From positions 32,001 to 96,000 of the forward strand of contig CAVVMW010000030.1 of assembly GCA_963749495.1 (NCBI GenBank): 64,000 bases of DNA, given 5' to 3'. Every line of letters begins with the position of its first letter. The stretch's first letter is position 1. The translations under genes and the position numbers were made by a program. Source of the DNA: an uncultured bacterium (GTDB taxonomy: Bacteria > Verrucomicrobiota > Verrucomicrobiia > Limisphaerales > UBA8199). Positions 32,360 through 42,631 of this stretch are shown here, piece by piece. The notes under the pieces were generated by a model. The model had not been told where the DNA came from. It ran no database searches and was given only the letters and a program-made list of their open reading frames with translations.

Positions 32360-32974
32360 TCAGCGCACTAGGCCCGGAACCGTGAGGACTTTGTCGCACC
32401 AAACTTCGTCCCAAGGAGACGTGGGCGGGGTTTTCAGATGCAGCAGGCCCCGGATGCGCAGGGACCAGTACCTCCACTCCCGCCAAGTTGGATTCGTCAC
32501 GGGCCGGGGAGGACGCAACCATCCAATGCCCACCTGCTTCGGCGGGGCGCCAGCCTGGACTGGGGCCAGAAAAGTAACGCTTTGACCTGGTTCCAACTCC
32601 CGGTAGGTGAAGACCGCGCCGCTGGATTCAGGCTCGGGCTTCCTCTCACTCCATCCAGCGGAAATCTTTTCGCGGTAAAACAGCACTACGGTGTTGGGAC
32701 GGGGACCGTCGCGCATGATGGGGTATTCGACGGTGTTGGTGGTGCCGTTGCTCAGGCGCAGTTCGGCGTATCGAAGGCTGCCCGGCCAGTCCTTGTACTC
32801 CACAAACACCAGGGACAGCTTGCGGGGCACTGGGGCATGGTGGGCTATCACGAAGCCCGCTACGAGCACCACGACGGCGGCGCAGCCCAGGGCGGCGCCA
32901 ATCCGTCCCGGCTGCCAGGCACGGTGGCGCGGGCGCCCACCCCGGTCAGAATGTTGGGGGTCTGTACCAGGCAT
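32360..32974 (-). CDS. Hypothetical single-TM protein
   Basis: TM segment then LVFVEY…AELRLSNGT…ELEPGQSVTF; loosely similar to 40521-41087; start uncertain. Confidence 0.55.
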   Translation of the reverse strand: MPGTDPQHSDRGGRPRHRAWQPGRIGAALGCAAVVVLVAGFVIAHHAPVPRKLSLVFVEYKDWPGSLRYAELRLSNGTTNTVEYPIMRDGPRPNTVVLFYREKISAGWSERKPEPESSGAVFTYRELEPGQSVTFLAPVQAGAPPKQVGIGWLRPPRPVTNPTWREWRYWSLRIRGLLHLKTPPTSPWDEVWCDKVLTVPGLVR

Positions 32975-33964
32975 CGCTTGTGGGGTCCAACGGTGCAAGT
33001 TCAACATTCGGTGCTCCGCCGCGCAAGAAGAAAAACGGTGCATCCCTTCGCGGTCGTCAGCAGCGCGTTGCCAGAGACTCTGCCTGTCAAACCGCCCAAG
33101 TCCGGCGCATATCAAACTGGCAAATGCCTGGCAGTCTCTCCGGAGGCATCCGACGCGGTTTGACAGCGTCAAATGGTCTGTTGTCCCTGCCGATTTGCCG
33201 CTGTCAAATTTGCCAGGAGGCCCAAACCAGCGCGATTTGACGCCAGCGTGGAATCCGCTGAGAGCGTTTGCCGCACTTGTCGGAGCGCGTCTTTGACGGG
33301 CACCGCGCCAATTTGACGGGACCCGCCAGGAGGCCGGGCCTTGGGCCGCAACATGGCCTTGGCCAGGCGAGGAACGGGTGGTACGCATTCCTTTTGGCCT
33401 CAATGGCAACTGGCGGGCTGCTGATGATCGTCGTGAACCTGACACCACGGGCGGCGAGGCCCGAACGGTGGAGCGCAAACCGGGTCAGGCCAAGCCGGCA
33501 GCGGGCGGAACGCCTTCCTTTGGCCCACCTGGCGGATGAACGGAGCGGCAGCGGGTTTTCGCGGGCTTCGGTGCCGGGACCGCTGAGACTTTCGCTTGCA
33601 CAGGACCGACGCCAGTTTAGGTTCGGTCCAGTTCATCAGCATCATGCAACCAACGACTCAACACGCCGTTCCCCGCAGCGCCCACGTCCTGTCTGCCCGA
33701 AAAATCGTCTCGACAAAACGCTTGATTTGTGATGCGCTCTTGATGCAATCGAGCTGCTCGGAATCAGCAAGCGTCGGTTCGGGGCTTACTTCTTTTCGCG
33801 GGGCAACTCCCTTGCTGGTCGGATGAACTTGGCGTGGCCATTGTCGGGCGCACAGGGCAGCGAAGGTGGGGAACTTTCTTCGGCCCCGGTCGCCGAGCGC
33901 AGGTCCACACGCTGGCCCGGTCTCGTCCGGTTGCTTCCACCGATCATTTCTCAATGAGCCTGAT

Positions 33965-36142
33965 ATGAAAACACAACTCTCAAACCAGCTCGGATTCCCG
34001 CAAGACATGGCTTGCCGGGAATTGCGTCCGCTGCTTCATACACAACTGGCCACAGGACTTCTGGCAATCGTCGTTGGTTCGGCGGCCCTGCTTTGCCCGA
34101 CTGCCGGAGCGCAACAGCCTGCTGGAACCGTCGTCGCGTGGGGATGGAATGGGGAAGGCGAGTGCAACGTGCCCAGCGGCCTGAGCGGGGTGATTGCCAT
34201 CGCGGGTGGTGGTGAGCACAGCCTGGCGCTGAAGCAGGACCGAACGGTCGTCGCATGGGGGTATAATGGCTGTGGCGAGTGCAATGTGCCCAGGGGTCTC
34301 AGCGGGGTGATTGCCATCGCGGCGGGACAGCTTCACAGCCTGGCGCTGAAGCAGGACGGGACGGTCGTCGCGTGGGGGGATAATGGCTATGGCGAGTGCA
34401 GCGTGCCCAGCGGTTTGAGCGGGGTGATTGCCATCTCGGCAGGAGGTATGATTAGCTTGGCGCTAAAGCAGGACGGGACAGTCGTCTCGTGGGGGAAGAT
34501 TTGGAATGGCCACAATGCATGGATTCCCGAGACCGTGCCCAGCGGTCTGAGCGCGGTGATTGCGATCGCGGCGGGATATGCTCACAGCATGGCGCTGAAG
34601 CAGGACGGGACGGTCGTCGCGTGGGGAGATAGTGGCTCTGCCGAGGACAATGTGCCCAGCGGTCTGAGCGGGGTGATTGCCATCGGGGCGGCGGATTCGC
34701 ATAGCTTAGCGCTCAAGCAGGACGGGACGGTCGTCTCGTGGGGCGAGACTACTTACGGCGAGTGCAATGTGCCCAGCGGTCTGAGGGGGGTGATTGCCAT
34801 CGCGGCGGGCGAGTATTACAGCCTGGCGCTCAAGCAGGATGGGACGGTCGTCGCCTGGGGAGACAATAGCTCAGGCCAGGCGACGGTGCCCACCCGCCTG
34901 AGCGGGGTGATCGCCATCGCAGCAGGAGGCTCTCACAGCCTGGCCCTCAAGCAGGACGGGACGGTCGTCGCATGGGGAGCCAATGGCGTTGGCCAGGCGA
35001 CTGTGCCTCCCGACTTGTCGGGAAGCGGGGTGGTTGCCGTCGCAGCGGCATTGGCGCACAGCATGGCACTGGTCGGCCCTCTGGCACCGATCATTGTCGA
35101 ACCTCCGCAAACTCAAACGGCAGAAGCTGGGTCCACATCCGGCCTTTACGTCGTAGCTGACGGCGTTCCGCCCCTGATTTACCAATGGTTCTTCGACAGC
35201 ACCAATGCGGTGAGCGGCGCGACCAACTCGTTCCTGGTCCTGGCCAACGCCCAGCCCTCGCAGTCAGGCGATTCCTACGCCGTGGTTATCACCAACCGCT
35301 ATGGAGCTGTCACCAGCGACACCGCCACGTTGAGCATCATTGCGCCAGTTCCGAGAAGGACGGTTCCGGCCCTCTACTTGACCGGCGATGTTGGCAGCTT
35401 TCTGCGCCTGAGTTACGCCGACACTCCCGGTCTCGGCGGCGCATCCTGGCAGGCGCTGGACGCCCTCACCCTGACCAATACACCGCAACTCTGCCTCGAT
35501 CTTTCTGACCCGCTGCCGCCCTATCGGTTCTACCGCGCCTGGCAGACCAACGTGCCGAGCCTGAAGCCTGCGCTGGACCTGGGCCGCGCCACGGAGATCA
35601 CCCTCACCGGAGCCATAGGCAGCAAGGTCCGCATTGACTACATCAACCAGTTTGGCCCGACCGACGCCTGGGTGACGCTGGACACCGTAACCTTGACCAA
35701 CACGACACAGCCTTACTTCGATCTGACAATGTTTCGCCAAGCACCCCGGCTCTACCGCGTCGTTCCGGTGCTGGAGGCAATCCAGACCTTGCACCCTGTC
35801 AGCCTGCCGATTTGCCCCAAGAGCGTCGTGGTGATCTCTGGGCCTGTGGATGGGCTGCTCGGGATTCGCCTGGACCCAGTGAGCACAGAGGATCAAAATG
35901 GCCCCTGGGGACTTCTCGGCGCAGACCCCAGGTCCAGCGATGGCCATCAAGCGCCGCTGTGGGTTCGCAGCGAGGAAACTGTGGGTTTGACCGCCGACCA
36001 AGCCGGGACGCTCGCCCGACAGTTGGCCAACGAGACATCGCAAAGTCTTTACCACTGCCAGCCCTTTCGTAACGGCCAGCCCGCCCGCTTTGTTCAGGGA
36101 CGATGGCTCTGGCGGGAGGCTGCGAGGACATGGACTTGTTGA
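33965..36142 (+). CDS. Secreted RCC1-repeat protein with Ig-like and C-terminal domains; natural end ~35770, reads through into foreign sequence
   Basis: About 8 repeats of ~120 bp (SGVIAIAAG.HSLALKQDGTVVAWG); C-terminal module homologous to that of 22218-24743, which ends at RLYRLRVP. Confidence 0.85.
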   Translation: MKTQLSNQLGFPQDMACRELRPLLHTQLATGLLAIVVGSAALLCPTAGAQQPAGTVVAWGWNGEGECNVPSGLSGVIAIAGGGEHSLALKQDRTVVAWGYNGCGECNVPRGLSGVIAIAAGQLHSLALKQDGTVVAWGDNGYGECSVPSGLSGVIAISAGGMISLALKQDGTVVSWGKIWNGHNAWIPETVPSGLSAVIAIAAGYAHSMALKQDGTVVAWGDSGSAEDNVPSGLSGVIAIGAADSHSLALKQDGTVVSWGETTYGECNVPSGLRGVIAIAAGEYYSLALKQDGTVVAWGDNSSGQATVPTRLSGVIAIAAGGSHSLALKQDGTVVAWGANGVGQATVPPDLSGSGVVAVAAALAHSMALVGPLAPIIVEPPQTQTAEAGSTSGLYVVADGVPPLIYQWFFDSTNAVSGATNSFLVLANAQPSQSGDSYAVVITNRYGAVTSDTATLSIIAPVPRRTVPALYLTGDVGSFLRLSYADTPGLGGASWQALDALTLTNTPQLCLDLSDPLPPYRFYRAWQTNVPSLKPALDLGRATEITLTGAIGSKVRIDYINQFGPTDAWVTLDTVTLTNTTQPYFDLTMFRQAPRLYRVVPVLEAIQTLHPVSLPICPKSVVVISGPVDGLLGIRLDPVSTEDQNGPWGLLGADPRSSDGHQAPLWVRSEETVGLTADQAGTLARQLANETSQSLYHCQPFRNGQPARFVQGRWLWREAARTWTC

Positions 36143-37065
36143 CATCGAGGCGACGGTTGAGTTTGAGGCCGATGGTGCCAAGCCCGAGGTGAACGTCATC
36201 CTCTGGGACAGCCGAGCCAAGTGAACGAAAGGCGACCGACCGAAACGTCGGGGCCATTCTGGACGCGTTCAGGGGGGGCGTTGGTGGAGCCGTGACAGCG
36301 GTCACAAACGGCACGAACCAAAGGGCTTGCACCATGGAGTTGGATAATTCAAGATTCTAACCGCCGGTAGCGCAAACACAGTTGCCCCATGACAGAGCAG
36401 CAGTACTTCGAGGCGCAGCAACAGCTTTTCAAGTCGTTGCCCCTTGGCGCAGCGAATGCAGCCGTTGTTCCGTTGCGAACGACGTTTTCATCGGGAACAT
36501 CACCCTGTGTCGGTTCACAACCATGCCGACAGCCGCTCTGCGGCAGGCGGTCCTGGCGTGCGAGCGTCTGTTTCTCGGCATGTACAGCGCACGCACCATG
36601 CAACTCGTCGAATGCGATGAAGTCTGTAGTTTCGGGTCGCGAGTCCTCCATGTTTCACTCGACATTGGGGCATGAGCAATCGGCTTGTCAGGGCGGTCGC
36701 CCTCCCGACTCCCGCAGCACCTGGACTGCGAGTCTGCGCCCGGCGTGTCCAGATACCGAGGCTGCGGTCGGGTGCCTGGGCGGGCGGCCCCGGCTGCCTA
36801 CCGCGCTGGCGGGCAGCGGCCAACCCGCCAAGCGGAGCCCATCCGCTGGTTCTCCGGTTCGGCCCGTAAGGGCGGAGGCCGGGGCCAGCGCCGCACCCGA
36901 GCCATGCCGACCGGCGTGATGGCCACGACCACGGCGGCACCCCCAGGGAAGTTCCGTGCGCCAATGAGCGCGTGCGCGTGCGCCGGGGTTCAACGATTGG
37001 ATTCCAACCGCAGCGCGTGACGGATGCCGGATTCGTTTGTCAGATTGAACACAAAGGCCATTGCT

Positions 37066-37347
37066 ATGCGTGAACTGACATCGCTCGAAACCGGTTACCT
37101 CGCCGGTATGCTGCTGCTCTCCTTGGTTCTGCCGTTGCTGATGAGCACCTGTGCTCCACGAGATGCGGTAACCAAGAGGTCTTGCATGAAGACGGTCTGG
37201 ATTGGACAGGCGCTTCTTGCGGTCGCCGGGCTGGCTGTGTTGGCCTCAGCGTCGGTTGCTCCTTGTGCCACTGCGTTCGGCGTGACGAGTTGCATTTGTT
37301 GCACGCTCCTGCTGCTCCGGCAGTTCCGCGCCGTCCGTCCAGCGTGA
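37066..37347 (+). CDS. Small membrane protein (3 TM)
   Basis: Three hydrophobic helices. Confidence 0.6.
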   Translation: MRELTSLETGYLAGMLLLSLVLPLLMSTCAPRDAVTKRSCMKTVWIGQALLAVAGLAVLASASVAPCATAFGVTSCICCTLLLLRQFRAVRPA

Positions 37348-37424
37348 GGCATGTTTTTGAAAAGTGGGCGGGCTAATCAGGTCGCCGGGAAGACTGCCCA
37401 ACGGCTCCCACGCCACCCGGAGGC

Positions 37425-37975
37425 CGCGTGGTCGGGACGAACCTGTTGGGCAACCGCGTGGCGGTGGACAAGCTGGTCACCTTGAGGAGCGTCAACGGGC
37501 CGCAGTTCACGGTCATCCAGGGTTACCAAGTGCCCGGCGTCACCAACGGCGACGGCGCGATTCGCTGCGTGTATCTGGCCAACGGCGCCAGCCTGTCCAG
37601 CTTTACCTTGGCCAATGGTTCGAGGACGGAGACTTCCATCTCCAGCCAGGGTCGGCTTGCATTGACGCCGGGAACAATGCTTACGTGTCTGGCACCACCG
37701 ACCTGGACGGACGCCCGCGCATCGTCGGTGGGACGGTGGACATCGGCGCTTATGAATTTCAAGGGCCGTTCGACGCTTGGTTGCAGCGATACGGCCTGCC
37801 AACCGACGGCTCGGCGGACTTTGTAGATACTGACGGCAACGGCATGAACAACTGGCAGGAGTGGATTTGCGGCACTTGCCCCACCAACCCGCTCTCGGCG
37901 CTGCGCCTGCTTTTGCCCTCCATCACCAGCACCAATGCGACTGTGATGTGGCAGAGCGTGTCCGGGGTGAACTAT
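37425..37975 (+). pseudogene. Choice-of-anchor Q-type surface protein remnant
   Basis: [14 protein letters not shown]…; frame break ~37615; [16 protein letters not shown]…VDIGAYE…WQSVSGVNY; paralog of 18946-19935. Confidence 0.85.
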
Positions 37976-38236
37976 TTCTTCGTTGCGCTTTATTGCAAAG
38001 CGGGGGGCTTCCCGTTGCGGTTGGTGCGAGACGATGCCCACTACAAGACCTGCTTCATTGGGATCAGCTTCTATGAGGCACTTGACCGCTCCCGCCTTCG
38101 GACATCGCTTGCCGAGGTGTTTGATGAGCGTGGGCATGGTCTGGTGGTTCAGGGAGGCCAGGTTGAGTTCGACAAGAACGACCGCCAGCCGCACATGGAT
38201 GAGGAAGGCGCCCACGCTCTGCTCAAGAACGCGATG
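37970..38236 (+). pseudogene. Prokaryotic Argonaute (short pAgo-type) MID-PIWI fragment
   Basis: [16 protein letters not shown]…TCFIGISFY…[19 protein letters not shown]…[18 protein letters not shown] resembles the ALYYKAGG-PWRL / CYVGISFY / AQVFDERGEG blocks of catalytically inactive pAgos. Confidence 0.8.
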
Positions 38237-38520
38237 ATGTCCCAGAACCCCATCGAAACAGAAAACCGAGGCGGAGGAAAAGCTGAGGTTGATTGCATCG
38301 AGCCTGGTGGATCACGGCATCAAGATGAACCTGAATGGCTTGGCAGCATTGGGGCAGCCGCGGGGATACCCCAAACGGAGTCTAAAACTCTGCCGGGCCG
38401 CCGCGAGTCTTTTGTCGTGTTCCTCCAGGCGGCCAGCCATTGCCGGTAAACGTGCCGAGAAATCAATTGCCCGGCTTAACAAGGACAACAAGCGAGCATC
38501 AAAGGTCGAAACCTCAGTCG

Positions 38521-38643
38521 CTATTTCTTACCCACAACCTGCTTCGCGGCGGCGGCTTGCCGCTTCTTCTGAGCAGCCGCGTTGGCTTTGACTTGCTTCT
38601 GTGCTGCCTGCTTATGTACGGACTTCGGAGACTTGTCGCCCAT
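38521..38643 (-). CDS. Small basic Lys/Ala/Gln-rich protein (40 aa)
   Basis: MGDKSPKSVHKQAAQKQVKANAAAQKKRQAAAAKQVVGKK; GAAAGG upstream. Confidence 0.7.
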   Translation of the reverse strand: MGDKSPKSVHKQAAQKQVKANAAAQKKRQAAAAKQVVGKK

Positions 38644-38749
38644 AATCACTTTGCCTTTCATTGACGGTTTACTACCCGGATTGGTGTAGTTCGTTGCCAG
38701 ACACTGGTGACCGTATCCAACATCTGCGAACGCTGCAAACACAAACACC

Positions 38750-39716
38750 GTGCAGGAGCTATCCTGCGATATTCCAGACCGGCACCGGCGCAAATCAATG
38801 CTCCCGCCGCGACTGTCCACGGCACACCCACGGCGTGCGACAGCAGACCCGATTCGAGTCCCCCAAGGGGCATCAGGCCGCCGAACACCAGCGCCCAGAT
38901 GCCCATCACGCGCCCCCGCATCGCATCCGACACGCTGGTCTGAACCAGTGTGTTCGTCGTCGAGAAGTAGAGCAGCATCCCCCAACCGCCCACCGCCAGG
39001 CACGCCAGCACGAGCGGAAACCACCGCACGACGGCCAGCAGCAGCAGCATGGCCGAGAACAACCACAGCCCGCCGAAAATCATCAGTCGCGGGCGGACGT
39101 GGCTGCCATAGGTCGCCACGGTCAGAGCGCCCAAGAGCGCACCGACGCCGTTGGCGCTGAGCAGTGCGCCGTTGAAAATGGAACTGTTCGGCGAAATCGC
39201 GTTCATCAGGTCTTTGCGGCTGGTCATCTCCACCGTGAACGCCTGCCGGGCGGGCATGTCGAAGGCCATCGCCACCCCGCCCAGTGCCGCCAGCACCAGG
39301 ATGTGCCACGGCTGGATGCGCCCGCTCCAGACCAGGGCCGCAAACGCGAGGGCCAGCAGCATCATCCCGGTCTGAGTGAAGAAAATCACGGTGCGTTTGG
39401 GATGCCGGTCGGCCAAGGAGCCGCCCCAGACCGAAAGCAGCAGCAGGGGCTGCGACCCGACGGCAGCCACGGTGCCGAGCAAGACCTTCGAGCCGGTCAA
39501 CTGGTACACCAGCCAGCCTTGCGCGGTGTTTTGCATCCAGGAGCCGGTGAGCGACACGAGTTGACCGGCGAAGAACAACCGGTAATTGCGATGCTTCAGC
39601 GCGGCGAAGGTGTCGCGCCACGTCACGCCGCCCACCACCACGCGACGAGGCTGCCCCGTAACCTCTGGCGGGACATTGGCGACTCGTGCGGGCGATTGAG
39701 TTTGTTCAGCAGGCAT
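38750..39716 (-). pseudogene. MFS transporter with in-frame internal deletion and altered 3' end
   Basis: TFAALKHRNYRLFFAGQLVSLTGSWMQ…NSSIFNGA|LLSANGVGALLG; central helices and loop missing. Confidence 0.85.
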
Positions 39717-39814
39717 CGCTGTCGGCGGTGGAACTCTACGAGGGCGGTGTTCGGGTACTTCAACCTGCCGTTCGATGCCGAACCGCCGCCCTGACCACGA
39801 CCGAACGCCATTTG

Positions 39815-40355
39815 CTGGATGTCCCGAATGGCGTCGAGGCCGCACCTGGCCGGTATCCTCTTTTTCACCATGTCCGGGACCGTGGCGGCGATAGCCTCCG
39901 GCTCCGCCCGGTCAATGAAGTAGAAGTCGGATTCCATCTGGCTGGCGGGCGTCTCCGGCATGAGGCCCTCGTTGACGCGGTGCGCGGTCGTGATAATCCG
40001 GCTGTGCGCCGCCCGGCGGAAGACCTCCGCCAGCCTGACCACCGGCACCACGCCACTGTCGATGATGTTCCTCAGCACCATGCCGGGCCCGACCGAAGGG
40101 AGTTGGTCCACGTCGCCCACCAGCAGCAGGCCGGCACGTGGTGGGAGCGCCCGGAGCAGGTGGTTCATCAGAATCACGTCAACCATCGAGGTTTCGTCCA
40201 CGACCAGGAGATCGCATTCCAGCGGTCGCGCCTCGGTGCGCGTGAACCCGCCCGAGGCCGCGTTGACTTCCAGGAGCCGGTGGATGGTCTTGGCCTCGAC
40301 ACCGGTCATCTCCGAGAGGCGCTTGGCGGCGCGACCCGTGGGGGCGCAGAGCAGG
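39815..40355 (-). pseudogene. RecD2-like helicase remnant
   Basis: LCAPTGRAAKRLSE, TIHRLLE, VVDETSMVD, LVGDVDQLPSVGPG, VFRRA. Confidence 0.9.
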
Positions 40356-40520
40356 TGCTCAAGTTTGATGTGGCTTGCGATGTATTGGCGCATTGTGTGG
40401 GTGTGGCCGCGTGGCCCAGCGTTTATGCCCAGCGGTGGAAGCCAGCCGCCTGTGACTCACGAGAGGCAACTTCGGTCCAGGACTGGCCAGCAGCCGCTCC
40501 GGGTTTTTTGGCGGGCATTT

Positions 40521-41087
40521 TTACCTCGTCAGCCATGTGCTGCTGTTGGTCATGTAATTGGTGGGGTTGAGAACCTGCTGGACATCGAGGAATGAGAAGC
40601 GCCCAACTCCTGTCGGCAATTTGTGCTTGGAGGCAAAGTCCAGCAGCCGCGCCTTGAAAGTGTAACGCGCCCAAAGCACGGCAAATCTCCAGCGGCCCTC
40701 ATCCAGAGGTTCACCAATGGCCACAGTAAGCGAACTCCCTGCCCCCAGCGTCGGGGCGGCAAAAAAAGGAAGGTGGGGATTCATGCCGGGCGCTTTGTGG
40801 TATTGCGACCCCTCGACTTCCACCCAACTGCCGCGCCACACGATGGCAGAGGAGTCCTGATTGCTGATTGAAAAGAGGGCAAAGCGCATGGAATTGTTTG
40901 GCAAGTTGGTGTAGCCGGAAAACGACATGATAATGCCGCGCCTGCCTGGCCCGCGCCTGAACGCGAGGCTTGCCACGAGGAGCACGAGCGCGGCGATGAG
41001 AACGAAGAAAAGCAGCCAGCGGCATCGCTGAGAGCGAACGGTATGGTGTTGCGTCTCCGGGGTCTGGTTAGGCTGGTTTGTCGTCAT
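40521..41087 (-). CDS. Hypothetical single-TM protein
   Basis: TM helix then SFSGYTN…FALFSISN…LGAGSSLTVAI…WRFAV. Confidence 0.65.
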   Translation of the reverse strand: MTTNQPNQTPETQHHTVRSQRCRWLLFFVLIAALVLLVASLAFRRGPGRRGIIMSFSGYTNLPNNSMRFALFSISNQDSSAIVWRGSWVEVEGSQYHKAPGMNPHLPFFAAPTLGAGSSLTVAIGEPLDEGRWRFAVLWARYTFKARLLDFASKHKLPTGVGRFSFLDVQQVLNPTNYMTNSSTWLTR

Positions 41088-41416
41088 GCTCTAATGTTGT
41101 GCCCTTTGTTCACGTCCACGAGCACGATGACGTACGCCTCCTTGAGCCGGGCCGCGATGTCCGCGTCGCTTTCAAAGAGCTTGTGCAGTTTGTGGCACCA
41201 GCCGCACCAGTTGGCCCCGAACTGCACGAGCACGCGCTTGTTCTCCTTTTTGGCCCGCGCCAAGGCGTCGGCGATTTGCTTCCCGCCATCGGCGCTCTCG
41301 TCATAGATGGCCGGGCGGGACGACTTGGCCGGGGCTTCAGCCCCGAGGGCGGGGAGGCCAAGGACGGCGGCCAACAGCGCGGCGGTTCCAATCGTGCAGA
41401 GCAAGTCTGTTTTCAT
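41084..41416 (-). pseudogene. Thioredoxin family protein, 3' truncated
   Basis: Signal peptide, FGANWCGWCHKL; ends after VDVNKGHN, before the cis-Pro loop. Confidence 0.8.
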
Positions 41417-41629
41417 TGGAGATTCGATACACCGGGCACGAAGCGCGGTCAACCATCGCCGTCCGCCGCAGCCGCGCCGGAGGGGGATTGCGGTTGTGTT
41501 TGGTATGGAGTCGAGGCATAGAATCGCTCGCGGGCAACGATAGGGAGAACGGTCGCACAGCCGGTGCCCGCTGGGACATCGGGCTGTTGGAGCGGATGAT
41601 TACGTATGGCGCAGATGAAATTACGGACC

Positions 41630-42631
41630 ATGAGCGAACTCAGTTTCAGAGACCGGGTACTGGGCGGTTTGTGGGGCGCGGTGGTCGGCGACGCGCTCGG
41701 CGTGCCGGTCGAATTTCAGAGCCGCGCCGAGATGCGGCAGAATCCGGTGACCGACCTGCGTGGGCACGGAACCTACGACCAGCCCAAGGGCACATGGTCG
41801 GACGACTCGTCGCTGATGCTCTGCACCCTGGACAGCCTCCTGCGGTGCGGGTTCGACCTGGGGGACATGGGCCGCCGTTTCGTGGAGTGGTCCCAAGGCA
41901 AGCTGTGGACGCCCTGGGGGCGCGTGTTCGACATCGGCGGCGTCACTAGCCGGGCGCTGGCACGGATTGAGCAGGGCACACCACCCGAGCAGGCCGGTTT
42001 CACCGACGAGCATAGCAACGGCAATGGCTCGCTGATGCGAATCCTGCCTATTGCCCTGTGGTTCAGGCGTGAGCCAGCGGCACGCTTGCTGGAGTTCGCG
42101 TGCCGCGCTTCCGCCATCACCCACGGGCACCCCCGCTCCCGGATGGCCTGCGGTTTTTACTGCCTCGTCGCGGCAGGGTTGCTGCGGGGGCAGAGCGCCG
42201 AGGTCGCGCACAAGTCGGCGGTCGAGACCATCAGCCCGCTTTTCAAGACGCAGCCCTGGGCCGTGGAAAGGCGGCATTTCGCTGGCGCGTTGTCGCCCAA
42301 CTTGGCGACACTGACGGAGCGAGACATCGCCTCCGGCGGTCATGTGGTCGAAACGCTGACGGCGAGCCTGTGGTGCCTGCTCACGTCGAAGGATTACTCG
42401 GAGACCGTGCTCAAGGCCGTCAATCTCGGCGAGGACACGGACACGACGGGCACCGTGGCGGGCGGTCTTGCGGGGATTCGCTACGGGCTTGCCGCTGTGC
42501 CTGCGAAGTGGCGGAGCGCGATGGCACGGACGAAGGACTTGGAAATTCTGTTTGAGCAATTCGCCGTCGCCTGCCAGCCAGGGGGTAGTTTTGTCCGTGT
42601 CAATGGAACCGGGCCACAACAGCATGACTGA
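41630..42631 (+). CDS. ADP-ribosylglycohydrolase family protein
   Basis: GAVVGDALGVPVEF, WSDDS, GNGSLMRILP, ITHGH, VNLGEDTDTT. Confidence 0.95.
   Translation: MSELSFRDRVLGGLWGAVVGDALGVPVEFQSRAEMRQNPVTDLRGHGTYDQPKGTWSDDSSLMLCTLDSLLRCGFDLGDMGRRFVEWSQGKLWTPWGRVFDIGGVTSRALARIEQGTPPEQAGFTDEHSNGNGSLMRILPIALWFRREPAARLLEFACRASAITHGHPRSRMACGFYCLVAAGLLRGQSAEVAHKSAVETISPLFKTQPWAVERRHFAGALSPNLATLTERDIASGGHVVETLTASLWCLLTSKDYSETVLKAVNLGEDTDTTGTVAGGLAGIRYGLAAVPAKWRSAMARTKDLEILFEQFAVACQPGGSFVRVNGTGPQQHD

Noticed and set aside
35771..36142. Extra C-terminal domain of the RCC1 protein
   Set aside because: The homologous NHL protein stops at the equivalent RLYR motif; this is read-through after loss of the stop codon
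19476..37975. Paralogous choice-of-anchor Q segments as a DGR template/variable repeat pair
   Set aside because: Differences involve all bases, largely at third codon positions, with an indel; not adenine-specific, and no reverse transcriptase is present
4777..42631. Intact defence island (Mrr, pAgo, RecD2, ADP-ribosylglycohydrolase)
   Set aside because: Components are far apart and all but the glycohydrolase are fragments; no operon structure
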